NCBI GenBank assembly: GCA_963674595.2
Contig: CAXXFV010000023.1
Location: 608,001 to 672,000 of the forward strand
Source of the DNA: a bacterium
GTDB lineage: Bacteria; Zhuqueibacterota; Zhuqueibacteria; Residuimicrobiales; Krinioviventaceae
Direction of reading: 5' to 3'
Length of the DNA stretch: 64,000 nucleotides
Program-made: the position numbers and the translations under genes
In this document: positions 56,237 through 64,000 of the stretch, piece by piece
Position numbering within the stretch: the first letter of the stretch is position 1
How the letters are laid out: each line of letters begins with the position of its first letter
Notes under the pieces: model-generated
Databases searched by the model: none
What the model saw: the letters and a program-made list of their open reading frames with translations, nothing else
What the model was told of the DNA's origin: nothing

Positions 56237-56992
56237 ATGGATTTAGCTACTTTAATAGGCATAGGTTTAGGTATATTTTTACTCGGCGCCTCGATATTTA
56301 CTCAAGAGGGTTGGATTTTCTTTTTTAACCTCCCCGCATTTTTAATCGTCGGTGGTGGTACAATTGCAGCCACACTTGTTAATTTTCCATTAAAAGATGT
56401 ATTAGGCGTAATTAAAGTTGCAAGAAACGCATTTCAACAAAAAGTAATGTCGATTTTTGATGCAATTGAATTTTGGAGCGATATTGCCCGAACTGCAAGA
56501 CAACAAGGTTTATTGGCTTTGGAAGATAAGACCCAGGAAATTGATGACGAGTTTACTCGAAAAGGGATTCAGTTGATGGTTGATCAGGTTGATCAGGAAA
56601 TATTAGCCAGTATTTTAAATACTGAAGTATACTATATTCAGGAAAGACATGAAATCGGTCAAAAAATATTCAAGGCTATGGGAGCGTATGCTCCTGCTTT
56701 TGGAATGGTTGGAACGCTTATTGGTCTGATCCAAATGCTTCAAAGTTTAAATGATCCTACACAGATTGGTGTTGGTATGGCAACTGCTTTGGTTACCACC
56801 CTTTATGGTGCCGTGTTTGCCAACTTGCTTTTTTTACCTCTTGCCGGTAAATTGGAAACTCGATCAGATCAGGAAATGCAAAACAAACAATTGGTCATGC
56901 TGGCTATTCAGTCCATCCAGGCAGGTGACAATCCCAGGTTGTTAAATGAAAAACTAATGACCTTTATCGCGCCTGCAAGCCGTGAGGAATAA
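56237..56992 (+). CDS. motA: Flagellar stator A subunit (MotA/PomA)
   Basis: 'MDLATLIG', 'LIV-GGT', 'AR--GLLALE', 'APAFGM-GTLIGL', 'AL-TT-YG---AN---P'. Confidence 0.95.
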   Translation: MDLATLIGIGLGIFLLGASIFTQEGWIFFFNLPAFLIVGGGTIAATLVNFPLKDVLGVIKVARNAFQQKVMSIFDAIEFWSDIARTARQQGLLALEDKTQEIDDEFTRKGIQLMVDQVDQEILASILNTEVYYIQERHEIGQKIFKAMGAYAPAFGMVGTLIGLIQMLQSLNDPTQIGVGMATALVTTLYGAVFANLLFLPLAGKLETRSDQEMQNKQLVMLAIQSIQAGDNPRLLNEKLMTFIAPASREE

Positions 56993-57001
56993 TCAATTAT
57001 C

Positions 57002-57763
57002 ATGAGTGCTCCTGTAAAAAAACAAAAAAAAGCTGAAGAAGGTTCACCATTATGGATGGCGACTTTTTCTGATTTGATGTCTTTATTGTTGACATTTTTC
57101 ATTTTAATTGTTTCCTTTTCAACAACAGAGATTATCAAGTTTCGAAAATTTATGGGAGCTATGCGCGGTGCCACAGGATCTATTTTAGAGCAGCAAGGAG
57201 CTCGTATCATTCCAAGCAAATTTTCTCCTGATCACGGTGTGACTATGGAAATGGATGTTTTGGTTGATCTTGTTAATAAAATGATGCAGGACCTCCCACA
57301 TGAAATGGGTGAGTTTGAAAATTTTGAAAGTGAAGTTAGTATAGATGCCACAAACGAAGGTATTCGTTTTCGCATTTCAAGTCTAGTATTGTTTGAGCCT
57401 GGTCAGGCCGTTTTGAAACCAAACGGTTATAAATTATTAAGCCATATAGCACGAATTGTGAAAAAGGTAAATTGTTATGTTCGAATTGAAGGCCATACAG
57501 ACAATATGCCGATACACACAGCGCAATATCCGTCGAATTGGGACCTGTCAACAGACCGTTCACTGAATGTGCTAAAATATTTTGCAAATAGCTGTTACCT
57601 GAATCCCTATAAATTGATTGCTGTCGGCAGAGGTGAGTATGACCCAATTGCACCTAATGATACGCCTGAAAATCGTAAAAAAAATCGAAGAGTTGATATT
57701 CACTTAAAATGGTATGATGAAACCGGTAAGCAACTTTTGGAAGAACGAAATGGAACATACTAG
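57002..57763 (+). CDS. motB: Flagellar stator B subunit (MotB/PomB)
   Basis: 'WMATFSDLMSLLLTFFIL', OmpA-like 'IEGHTDN-P...SNW-LS--R...NRRVDI'. Confidence 0.95.
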   Translation: MSAPVKKQKKAEEGSPLWMATFSDLMSLLLTFFILIVSFSTTEIIKFRKFMGAMRGATGSILEQQGARIIPSKFSPDHGVTMEMDVLVDLVNKMMQDLPHEMGEFENFESEVSIDATNEGIRFRISSLVLFEPGQAVLKPNGYKLLSHIARIVKKVNCYVRIEGHTDNMPIHTAQYPSNWDLSTDRSLNVLKYFANSCYLNPYKLIAVGRGEYDPIAPNDTPENRKKNRRVDIHLKWYDETGKQLLEERNGTY

Positions 57764-57793
57764 AAACATGAGAATATATATATATCGGAGGAT

Positions 57794-58378
57794 TTGTTGA
57801 AGAATCATTTAATAAAAGCTCTTATTATTGTTGGTGTTTTAATTTTGCAGGTTGGTTTGGCCTATGCTGTTATAAAATATTTATTACCTCCTGGGAAGAG
57901 CCCTATTGCAACTGATTCTTCTTCGGTTGTCTCCTCGGAAGATCAACAAAAACAACAAGAAGAGCAGAAAAAAGAAAAAGAAAAAGAAAAAGAAAAAGAA
58001 AAAAAGAAAAAAGAAAAAGAGCATGAAACCTGGGATGACCTGGAAATTTCAGAGATTAGCAAAGATGAAATGGAAAAAGCATCCAGTATTTTGTTGGAAG
58101 ATGTGGTTGTAAATCCGGCAGGGTCCGGCGGCAACCGGTTTTTAATTGTAACTTTGAAAATTTTTCTCAAGGAACCATTGGAAGGAGCCGAAGCAGATTT
58201 AAAGTTGCCGGCTATAAAGGATGATTTGGGCGTTCTTTTGGCTAGTAAAGAGAGTGATTGGCTGGTTGAGGTATACAACCGGGATGTGCTAAGGCACGAA
58301 ATTATGAATTCTTTAAGAAAAATTCTTGGAGATGAAATGGTTTTACGCGTTTTCTTTGAAAAGTTTGTAGTACAATAG
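57794..58378 (+). CDS. fliL: Flagellar basal body-associated protein FliL
   Basis: N-terminal TM segment, 'VVNP-GS---RFL', 'P-IKD', 'V--V-F--FV-Q'. Start is TTG 57794 or 57797. Confidence 0.88.
   Translation: MLKNHLIKALIIVGVLILQVGLAYAVIKYLLPPGKSPIATDSSSVVSSEDQQKQQEEQKKEKEKEKEKEKKKKEKEHETWDDLEISEISKDEMEKASSILLEDVVVNPAGSGGNRFLIVTLKIFLKEPLEGAEADLKLPAIKDDLGVLLASKESDWLVEVYNRDVLRHEIMNSLRKILGDEMVLRVFFEKFVVQ
57966..58021 (+). repeat. Purine-only (GAAAAA)n-like tract encoding a Lys/Glu run in FliL
   Basis: 56 nt containing only A/G, with tandem GAAAAA units. Confidence 0.85.
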
Positions 58379-58407
58379 AGTTGGGTCGAAATAATTAGAA
58401 AATAAGA

Positions 58408-59343
58408 ATGGAAATGCAGAACGAAAAAATAGAAAAAGCACTTGAAGATCGAGTCCAGGCGTATGATTTTCGTAATCCGCGAAAACTGTCAAAGGAGCAA
58501 CGAGGTAGCATCTATCTCGTTATTGAAGCCTTTGCAAAACTTTTAAGCGCTTATTTAACGACTTTATTAAGGACGATGACTGAAATTCATTTAACATCAG
58601 TTAAGGAAATTCGGTTTGGTGAGTTTACAAGCGATTGTACAGACCCGGATTGTTTATGGACGTTTGAAATGGACAAGTCTGATGGTTTGGGTGTTATTGA
58701 AATGGAACCACGACTTTTATTTATTATTGTAGAAAGGTTGTTTGGTGGTATTGGTCAAGCCATGAAAACCATTAGACCGACAACTGTTATTGAAAAAAAT
58801 ATTGGAATGCGTGTTGTCGAACGTTTTTTACAAATGTGGGACCAATCCTGGTTTAGTTTGTTAATAATTCGTTCCACTATACGTTCCTATGAAACAAATC
58901 CTTATATGGTGCAAATTGCAGGTATTAACGAACCAGCTATTGAGGTTTGTTTAGAGGTCCGTTTTAATGAAGAAAGTTTTACCATTAATGTTTGTATACC
59001 CATTAAAACGATGCGGCCGTTGATCTCTGCAATTGATCAGCAATCTTCGCCGTTTCAATCAAAACATAAAAATGTTGAAGAAGACACGAGAAAAATGGAA
59101 TCCAGAGTGGTAGAGTCTGAATTTCCGGTTATTGTAGAGCTTGGTACAACTAAAATAAAATTAAGAGAGTTTCACGATATTCAGGTTGGTGATGTTATTT
59201 TAATGGATCAAAATGTACACACCTTATTGAATGTTATTGTTGGAAGTCGAAAAAGATATAAGGGCCATCCCGGAGTTATAAATGACCGCCGGGCCGTTAA
59301 GATCCTTAATGTGATTGATGATAAGGAGTTTAACATTGAGTAA
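58408..59343 (+). CDS. fliM: Flagellar motor switch protein FliM (no N-terminal CheY-binding peptide)
   Basis: 'YDF--P-KLSKEQ', 'LFGG-G', 'T-IE', 'ETNP---QI', C-terminal SpoA domain 'ELG---I-L-E---IQ-GDVI'. Confidence 0.92.
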   Translation: MEMQNEKIEKALEDRVQAYDFRNPRKLSKEQRGSIYLVIEAFAKLLSAYLTTLLRTMTEIHLTSVKEIRFGEFTSDCTDPDCLWTFEMDKSDGLGVIEMEPRLLFIIVERLFGGIGQAMKTIRPTTVIEKNIGMRVVERFLQMWDQSWFSLLIIRSTIRSYETNPYMVQIAGINEPAIEVCLEVRFNEESFTINVCIPIKTMRPLISAIDQQSSPFQSKHKNVEEDTRKMESRVVESEFPVIVELGTTKIKLREFHDIQVGDVILMDQNVHTLLNVIVGSRKRYKGHPGVINDRRAVKILNVIDDKEFNIE

Positions 59344-60208
59344 TTACCAATCATTTATTAAAGATTTAGATGGTGATTTGATTAAAGCAACAAGTCAGCA
59401 TCTTGAAAAAGTATTAGGTATTACACCTAAAATAGAACTTAAAGATTTTGCTGACGCTGACCTTTCTCAGGTAAAATCTGTTATTAGTGACAAAGCGATA
59501 GCAATTGAACTTGTTACGGCTGATGGTACTGTGATCTCTTATTTGGCTGGCAGCCATTTGCTTAAGGATGTAACAGGTTATTTGGAACAACAGGATGAAA
59601 GCCAGGGCGAGATGCCCGAGGAGCTGGAAAAGTTATTGGATGTTGCTGAACAGATTTCTGCCAGTACACAGAAAATAATCTCTGCAAAATTTAGTAAAGA
59701 ATTAAAATTTGAAAATCCTACTGTTCAAGTTTGGCCGGGCAGCAGTCGGGTTAGTTTTGTAAATGCGTCAGCTACTTTTTATTCTGTTAAAATAGGTGAA
59801 AAGTCTGAATTTAATGTTGTAAGAGTAATGCCAAATTCGTTTATTGAATCTATTGCTGGAGCTAAAATGGGATCTGATGAGGGTAAGGTTAGAGTGAGCA
59901 CAAAACAGTTCGATGAATTGACATTTGATGGTAATGGTTCGGATATTAGCCAGTCTATATCATTTCTAAGTGATTTGGAGTTGGATATTACTGCAGAATT
60001 AGGCCGAACGCGAATGTTGTTACGTGATATTTTAAAACTCGGAAAAGGCAGTCTTTTAGAACTTGATAAATTTGCGGGTGATCCTGTTGATCTTTATGTA
60101 AACAAAATAAAGTTTGCTGAAGGTGAAGTTGTGGTCATTGATCAGAATTTTGCTATAAGAATTACCAGCCTGATCCCAAAGGAGGAGCGTCTGTCAATAG
60201 CAAATTAA
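59336..60208 (+). CDS. fliN: Flagellar motor switch protein FliN/FliY (degenerate CheC-like N-domain + FliN domain)
   Basis: C-terminal 'D--L-I-AELGR-RM----IL-L--GS--ELDK-AG-PVD--VN----A-GEVVV----F-IRI'. RBS AAGGAG and TTG 59336 (track starts at 59315). Confidence 0.88.
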   Translation: MSNYQSFIKDLDGDLIKATSQHLEKVLGITPKIELKDFADADLSQVKSVISDKAIAIELVTADGTVISYLAGSHLLKDVTGYLEQQDESQGEMPEELEKLLDVAEQISASTQKIISAKFSKELKFENPTVQVWPGSSRVSFVNASATFYSVKIGEKSEFNVVRVMPNSFIESIAGAKMGSDEGKVRVSTKQFDELTFDGNGSDISQSISFLSDLELDITAELGRTRMLLRDILKLGKGSLLELDKFAGDPVDLYVNKIKFAEGEVVVIDQNFAIRITSLIPKEERLSIAN

Positions 60209-60209
60209 G

Positions 60210-60243
60210 GGATACACAATATGTGCGGGCATAATGTGTATTC
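60210..60243 (+). other. Intergenic stem-loop between fliN and fliO
   Basis: GGATACACA-A-TATGT-GCGG-GCATA-A-TGTGTATTC: 14 pairs (two G.U) with one A.A mismatch. Confidence 0.55.
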
Positions 60244-60264
60244 TGTGTGTATTTGGGCAATGTT

Positions 60265-60774
60265 ATGAATAAAAAAATAAACATACTAATTTTCAGCATT
60301 TTAGGAATTCTGTTATTATTTTTAATTATTCCTGTGGATGCAAATTGCCAAACACTGACGATTTCTAAGGATAGCACGGTATCGAAGCAGGTGCTGCCGC
60401 ATAGCGGTTCAGAGATAAGTCTTGTAAAGGCTGTTTTTAAAACGATAATGGCATTGGTTTTAGTCATTTTACTTGTTATTGGTTTTATAATGGGAATGAA
60501 ATGGCTGCAAAACCAAACCCGTATTCGTGGAGCCGGCTTTGATGCTTTTAGCATTGTCGGTAGTTTGTCTCTAGGACCCAAAAAATCCATATATTTGGTG
60601 AGAATTGTTGAACGTGTTTTGGTTGTTGGTGTGTCTGAAAATAATATCAATATTTTGACTGAGCTGGATGCAGAAGAGGCCAAACTTTTTTGGCAACATC
60701 CTGCTAAAAAACAAAACTCTTTTGCTCAATCGTTAGCTTCTCAAATTTCCAACTTGAGAGGTGACAAAAAGTGA
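60265..60774 (+). CDS. fliO: Flagellar biosynthesis protein FliO
   Basis: TM segment and 'LGPKKSIYLV-I-----VVGVSE-NI--L-EL'. Upstream of fliP; start is ATG 60265 or GTG 60247. Confidence 0.88.
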   Translation: MNKKINILIFSILGILLLFLIIPVDANCQTLTISKDSTVSKQVLPHSGSEISLVKAVFKTIMALVLVILLVIGFIMGMKWLQNQTRIRGAGFDAFSIVGSLSLGPKKSIYLVRIVERVLVVGVSENNINILTELDAEEAKLFWQHPAKKQNSFAQSLASQISNLRGDKK

Positions 60775-61535
60775 TGAAAAACAAAATGAATAAAATATCA
60801 AAATTTTGGTTTATTATACCTGTTTTAATGATAATATTTATTATTCCGGACCATGTGTTTGCGCTTCCTAAAATAACAGTTGGGTTGGATGAAGCAACAA
60901 AACCGGGCGAAGTTGCCGTAACGTTACAAATTTTGTTATTGCTGGCAGTTCTGTCTTTGGCACCGGCGCTTATTATTATGGTGACATCTTTTACCAGGGT
61001 TGCTATTATTTTTTCTTTTTTACGTCATGCTTTGGCAACACAACAAGCCCCGCCAAACCAGGTTATGATTGGATTAGCCTTGTTTGTGTCTTTTTTTATA
61101 ATGGCCCCTGTATGGCAGGATATAAATGAAAACGCCTTTCAGCCATATATGAATGAAAAAATATCACAGCAGGAAGCCTATTCCAGAGCATTGGAACCTA
61201 TCCGTGATTTTATGTTTAGGCAAACCAGGGAAAAAGATTTGGCCCTGTTTGTTAACCTGGCAAGAATGGAAAAGCCGGAAAATATGGCAGAGATTCCAAC
61301 CCATGTTTTAATACCTGCTTTTATTATCAGTGAATTTAGAATTGCTTTTCAAATAGGATTTTTATTATATATACCATTTTTAATGCTTGATATGATTATT
61401 TCAAGTGTACTAATGTCCATGGGCATGATGATGTTGCCCCCGGTTATGATTTCTATGCCGTTCAAGTTAATTTTATTTGTTTTGGTGGACGGCTGGTATC
61501 TCATTGTTGGATCAATTGTAGCCGGATTTAAATAG
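60771..61535 (+). CDS. fliP: Flagellar export gate protein FliP
   Basis: 'LSLAP----M-TSFTR', 'QQ-PPNQV--GLALF', 'PAF-ISE---AFQIGF', 'MGMMMLPP--IS-PFKL-LFVLVDGW'. Confidence 0.97.
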   Translation: MMKNKMNKISKFWFIIPVLMIIFIIPDHVFALPKITVGLDEATKPGEVAVTLQILLLLAVLSLAPALIIMVTSFTRVAIIFSFLRHALATQQAPPNQVMIGLALFVSFFIMAPVWQDINENAFQPYMNEKISQQEAYSRALEPIRDFMFRQTREKDLALFVNLARMEKPENMAEIPTHVLIPAFIISEFRIAFQIGFLLYIPFLMLDMIISSVLMSMGMMMLPPVMISMPFKLILFVLVDGWYLIVGSIVAGFK

Positions 61536-61553
61536 AATTTATCAGGAGTTGTT

Positions 61554-61823
61554 ATGACACAGGAAGTGGTTTTGGAAATTTCAAGCCGTGCAATTATGAC
61601 AACCTTAATGGTTGCAGGTCCTCTTTTGCTCACAGGTTTGGTTGTGGGTCTTGCCATATCTATTTTCCAGGCGGTTACACAAATTAATGAAATGACCTTA
61701 ACATTCATTCCAAAGATTTTAGCTATCTTTTTTATCCTGATTTTACTTTTACCCTGGATGCTGGATAAATTTTTATCCTTTACAGCAGAGATTTTTAACA
61801 GTATTCAAACGTTTAGCCGGTAA
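61554..61823 (+). CDS. fliQ: Flagellar export gate protein FliQ
   Basis: 'P-L--GL-VGL-ISIFQA-TQINE-TLTFIPK'. Confidence 0.97.
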   Translation: MTQEVVLEISSRAIMTTLMVAGPLLLTGLVVGLAISIFQAVTQINEMTLTFIPKILAIFFILILLLPWMLDKFLSFTAEIFNSIQTFSR

Positions 61824-61840
61824 AATTATAACAGGTTTAA

Positions 61841-62623
61841 TTGCTTATGTTTGGCTTTGATCAAAATGATGTTATTTTGTTCGTTTTAATTTTTGCGAGA
61901 ATTACAACGGCCTTTATCTTGTTTCCAATTTTTGGTTCAAACAGCATACCTTCCTATGGAAAAATTGGTGCATGTTTGTTTTTAACTGTACTTGTTTTTC
62001 CTTTGCTGGAAAACTATCAGTTAGACCTTTTTCCGTCTACATCGATTATAATTTTGTCTATTGCTCAGGAGGTTCTGGTTGGCGTTATTATGGGTTTTGT
62101 TACGGTGTTTTTATTTGCCAGTATAGAAATGGCAGGCCAGATTCTTTCCATGCAAATAGGATTTGGAATTGTACAGGTTTATAGCCCGGAAAGTCAGGGA
62201 CAAGTATCTATTATTAGTCAATACAAGTATCTTTTTGCTGCAATGGTTTTCTTTATTTTAGACGGCCATCTTTTTTTAATAGAAGGATTAGCTAAAAGTT
62301 TTCAAACTGTGCCGCCGTTGACAGCCCATTTTTCAAAAACTCTATACACTTTTAATATGCAAATGGCAAGTGAACTTTTTGTGGCTTCTGTAAAAATTGG
62401 CGCTCCAATTATTGTTGCTTTATTACTAACCAGTGTTGCGTTGGGTTTAATGGCACGTGCTGTTCCGCAAATGAATGTTTTCTTTGTTGGAATGCCTTTA
62501 AAAATTAGCATCGGTTTGCTGGCTTTGGCTTTTTCCATGCCGATTTTTTTATATTTTTTTAGAAAATTGGTTATAGAGTTTAAACACGATTTTTTAACAA
62601 TTATTAAATTATTAGGATCATAG
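61841..62623 (+). CDS. fliR: Flagellar export gate protein FliR
   Basis: 'R-------P-FG', 'E---G---G', 'AG-----QIGF', 'GH', 'G--ARA-PQMNVF-VG-P-K'. Confidence 0.95.
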   Translation: MLMFGFDQNDVILFVLIFARITTAFILFPIFGSNSIPSYGKIGACLFLTVLVFPLLENYQLDLFPSTSIIILSIAQEVLVGVIMGFVTVFLFASIEMAGQILSMQIGFGIVQVYSPESQGQVSIISQYKYLFAAMVFFILDGHLFLIEGLAKSFQTVPPLTAHFSKTLYTFNMQMASELFVASVKIGAPIIVALLLTSVALGLMARAVPQMNVFFVGMPLKISIGLLALAFSMPIFLYFFRKLVIEFKHDFLTIIKLLGS

Positions 62624-62634
62624 GAACGTTTTAA

Positions 62635-63702
62635 ATGGCAGAAGAATCCTTTCAAGAGAAAACTGAAAAGGCGACTCCCAAGCGTCGCCAGGAAGCTCGT
62701 GAAAAGGGGAATATTCCACGTAGTATAGAGGTAAACTCTGCTGTTATATTACTAATTGTCAGTTTGTTTTTTATATTTTTAGGAAGTAAAATGTTCAGCG
62801 GTGTTATTCAGTTGGGCCGCTCAGTATTTGGAAATATGCATACTATAGATTTGAGTGTTCAATATATACCGGGTTTGGTGCAAAAAACAGGCATTGCATT
62901 TTCTTTTCTTGTTGGTCCGTTTATGTTGAGTATTTTGGTTGCCGGTGTATTGTCAAATGTTATGCAATCGGGTCTTACTTTTTCTGCAGAATCTTTGCAG
63001 CCGAAATTTAGTAAAATAAACCCACTTTCCGGCTTTAAGAAAATGTTTGCTCTTCGTTCTCTTGTTGAATTGGTTAAGAACATTTTTAAACTGTCCATTA
63101 TAGGCTACATTGGGTACATTACCATTAAAGGCGAAACAGATTCTTTTTTTGCACTGGTTAATGAAGATGTGATGCAAATTGTTGCATTTGTTGGGGCTTT
63201 AACCCTGAAAATGTTTTTAAGAGTTGGCGCTGTTTTTATTATATTAGCTGGCTTGGATTTTGCATACCAAAGGTTTGAGTTTGAAAAAGAATTAAAAATG
63301 ACCAAACAAGAAATAAAAGAAGAATATAAACAAACAGAAGGTGATCCTTTAATAAAATCGAGAATTCGAAGTATTCAGCGTGAAAGAGCCCGTAGCCGCA
63401 TGATGCAGGATGTAGCCACTGCCGATGTTGTTGTAACCAACCCAACACATGTTGCCGTCGCTTTGAAATATGATTCGGAAAATATGGGAGCACCCAAAGT
63501 TGTTGCTAAAGGTATGCGGAAAATTGCTGAAAGAATTAAACAAATTGCTCGTGAAAATGGTGTTCCTGTTATTGAAAAACCACTTGTTGCGAGAATGCTT
63601 TATAAATCTGCTGAAATTGGTCAGGAAATACCGGCAGAACTATATCAGGTTGTTGCAGAATTACTGGCTTTTGTTTATCAATCAAAAAACAAAAAGCTAT
63701 AA
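62635..63702 (+). CDS. flhB: Flagellar export switch protein FlhB
   Basis: 'EKTE--TP-R---AR--G', 'LKMTKQE-K-E-K--EG-P--K-R', autocleavage 'NPTH'. Confidence 0.97.
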   Translation: MAEESFQEKTEKATPKRRQEAREKGNIPRSIEVNSAVILLIVSLFFIFLGSKMFSGVIQLGRSVFGNMHTIDLSVQYIPGLVQKTGIAFSFLVGPFMLSILVAGVLSNVMQSGLTFSAESLQPKFSKINPLSGFKKMFALRSLVELVKNIFKLSIIGYIGYITIKGETDSFFALVNEDVMQIVAFVGALTLKMFLRVGAVFIILAGLDFAYQRFEFEKELKMTKQEIKEEYKQTEGDPLIKSRIRSIQRERARSRMMQDVATADVVVTNPTHVAVALKYDSENMGAPKVVAKGMRKIAERIKQIARENGVPVIEKPLVARMLYKSAEIGQEIPAELYQVVAELLAFVYQSKNKKL

Positions 63703-63718
63703 GATGGAGTTTTAAAAT

Positions 63719-64000
63719 ATGCCTAAAGGCTCAGTTTTATCTTTTTTAACAAAAAATAGTGATGTCGCCCTTGCAATAGGTGTTATCGGAATACTTATTG
63801 TGATGTTGATACCTATGCCAACGGCTATTTTGGATTTATTACTTGCTCTTAATGTTGCTTTAGCCTTATTGATATTACTTGTTGCAATGTATATTACCAA
63901 ACCGTTAGAGTTTTCTGTTTTTCCCGGTATGCTTTTAATAATAACCCTTTTCAGGTTATCTTTAAATGTGGCCTCAACCCGATTAATTCTTGGTGAAGCT
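63719..64000 (+). CDS. flhA: Flagellar export protein FlhA (5' fragment, runs off window)
   Basis: Translated by hand: MPKGSVLSFL...IPMP...LDLLLALN...PLEFSVFPGMLLIITLFRLSLNVASTRLIL. Confidence 0.95.
   Translation, partial: MPKGSVLSFLTKNSDVALAIGVIGILIVMLIPMPTAILDLLLALNVALALLILLVAMYITKPLEFSVFPGMLLIITLFRLSLNVASTRLILGEA

Noticed and set aside
548-63900. Numerous short minus-strand and alternate-frame ORFs in the track (e.g. 6356-6931, 34600-35112, 60162-60683)
   Set aside because: They lie antisense to or inside well-supported genes and show no recognisable motifs, so they are shadow ORFs.
44460-64000. Non-flagellar type III secretion system
   Set aside because: Rod, hook, hook-cap, stator and C-ring genes are all present, so this is a flagellar cluster.
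1-64000. rRNA, tRNA, CRISPR arrays, IS elements, prophage
   Set aside because: Intergenic gaps are short and none shows cloverleaf, repeat-spacer or terminal inverted-repeat structure. No transposase, integrase or phage proteins were recognised.

Overview
64 kb of AT-rich bacterial chromosome with every credible gene on the + strand. The organism is probably an FCB-group bacterium such as KSB1/Calditrichota-like. This is inferred from a C-terminal 'QNYPNPFNP..FlgD-Ig' sorting domain and is not demonstrated. There are four blocks. (1) 1-23.4 kb is a surface-glycan locus: two Wzx-type flippases, an O-antigen ligase/polymerase-family protein, four GT4 enzymes, two DPM-synthase-like GT2 + DUF2304 modules, four GT-C (PMT/ArnT-like) membrane glycosyltransferases, a methyltransferase, a Thr-type membrane sulfatase-like enzyme and a secreted putative glycosidase. 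(2) 23.7-32.0 kb is a sigma54-promoted giant (~2720 aa) Ig-repeat surface protein broken by two single-base insertions. (3) 32.2-39.9 kb holds housekeeping genes: purSL fusion, purQ, a UvrB/C-motif protein, a PfpI-ferritin fusion, an outer-membrane protein and comF. (4) 40.2-64 kb is a sigma54-controlled flagellar cluster: a kinase/NtrC-type regulator pair, then flgB to flhA (partial). Four observations stand out. A circularly permuted copy of the giant protein's N-terminal beta-domain sits in a GT-C loop. A two-hairpin RNA element lies between the TIGR02530-type gene and flgE. The FliM/FliY switch lacks CheY-binding and phosphatase motifs. The flagellar histidine kinase has Asp in place of its phospho-His. 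No rRNA, tRNA, CRISPR or mobile element was recognised. All family calls come from reading motifs by eye; no searches were run.
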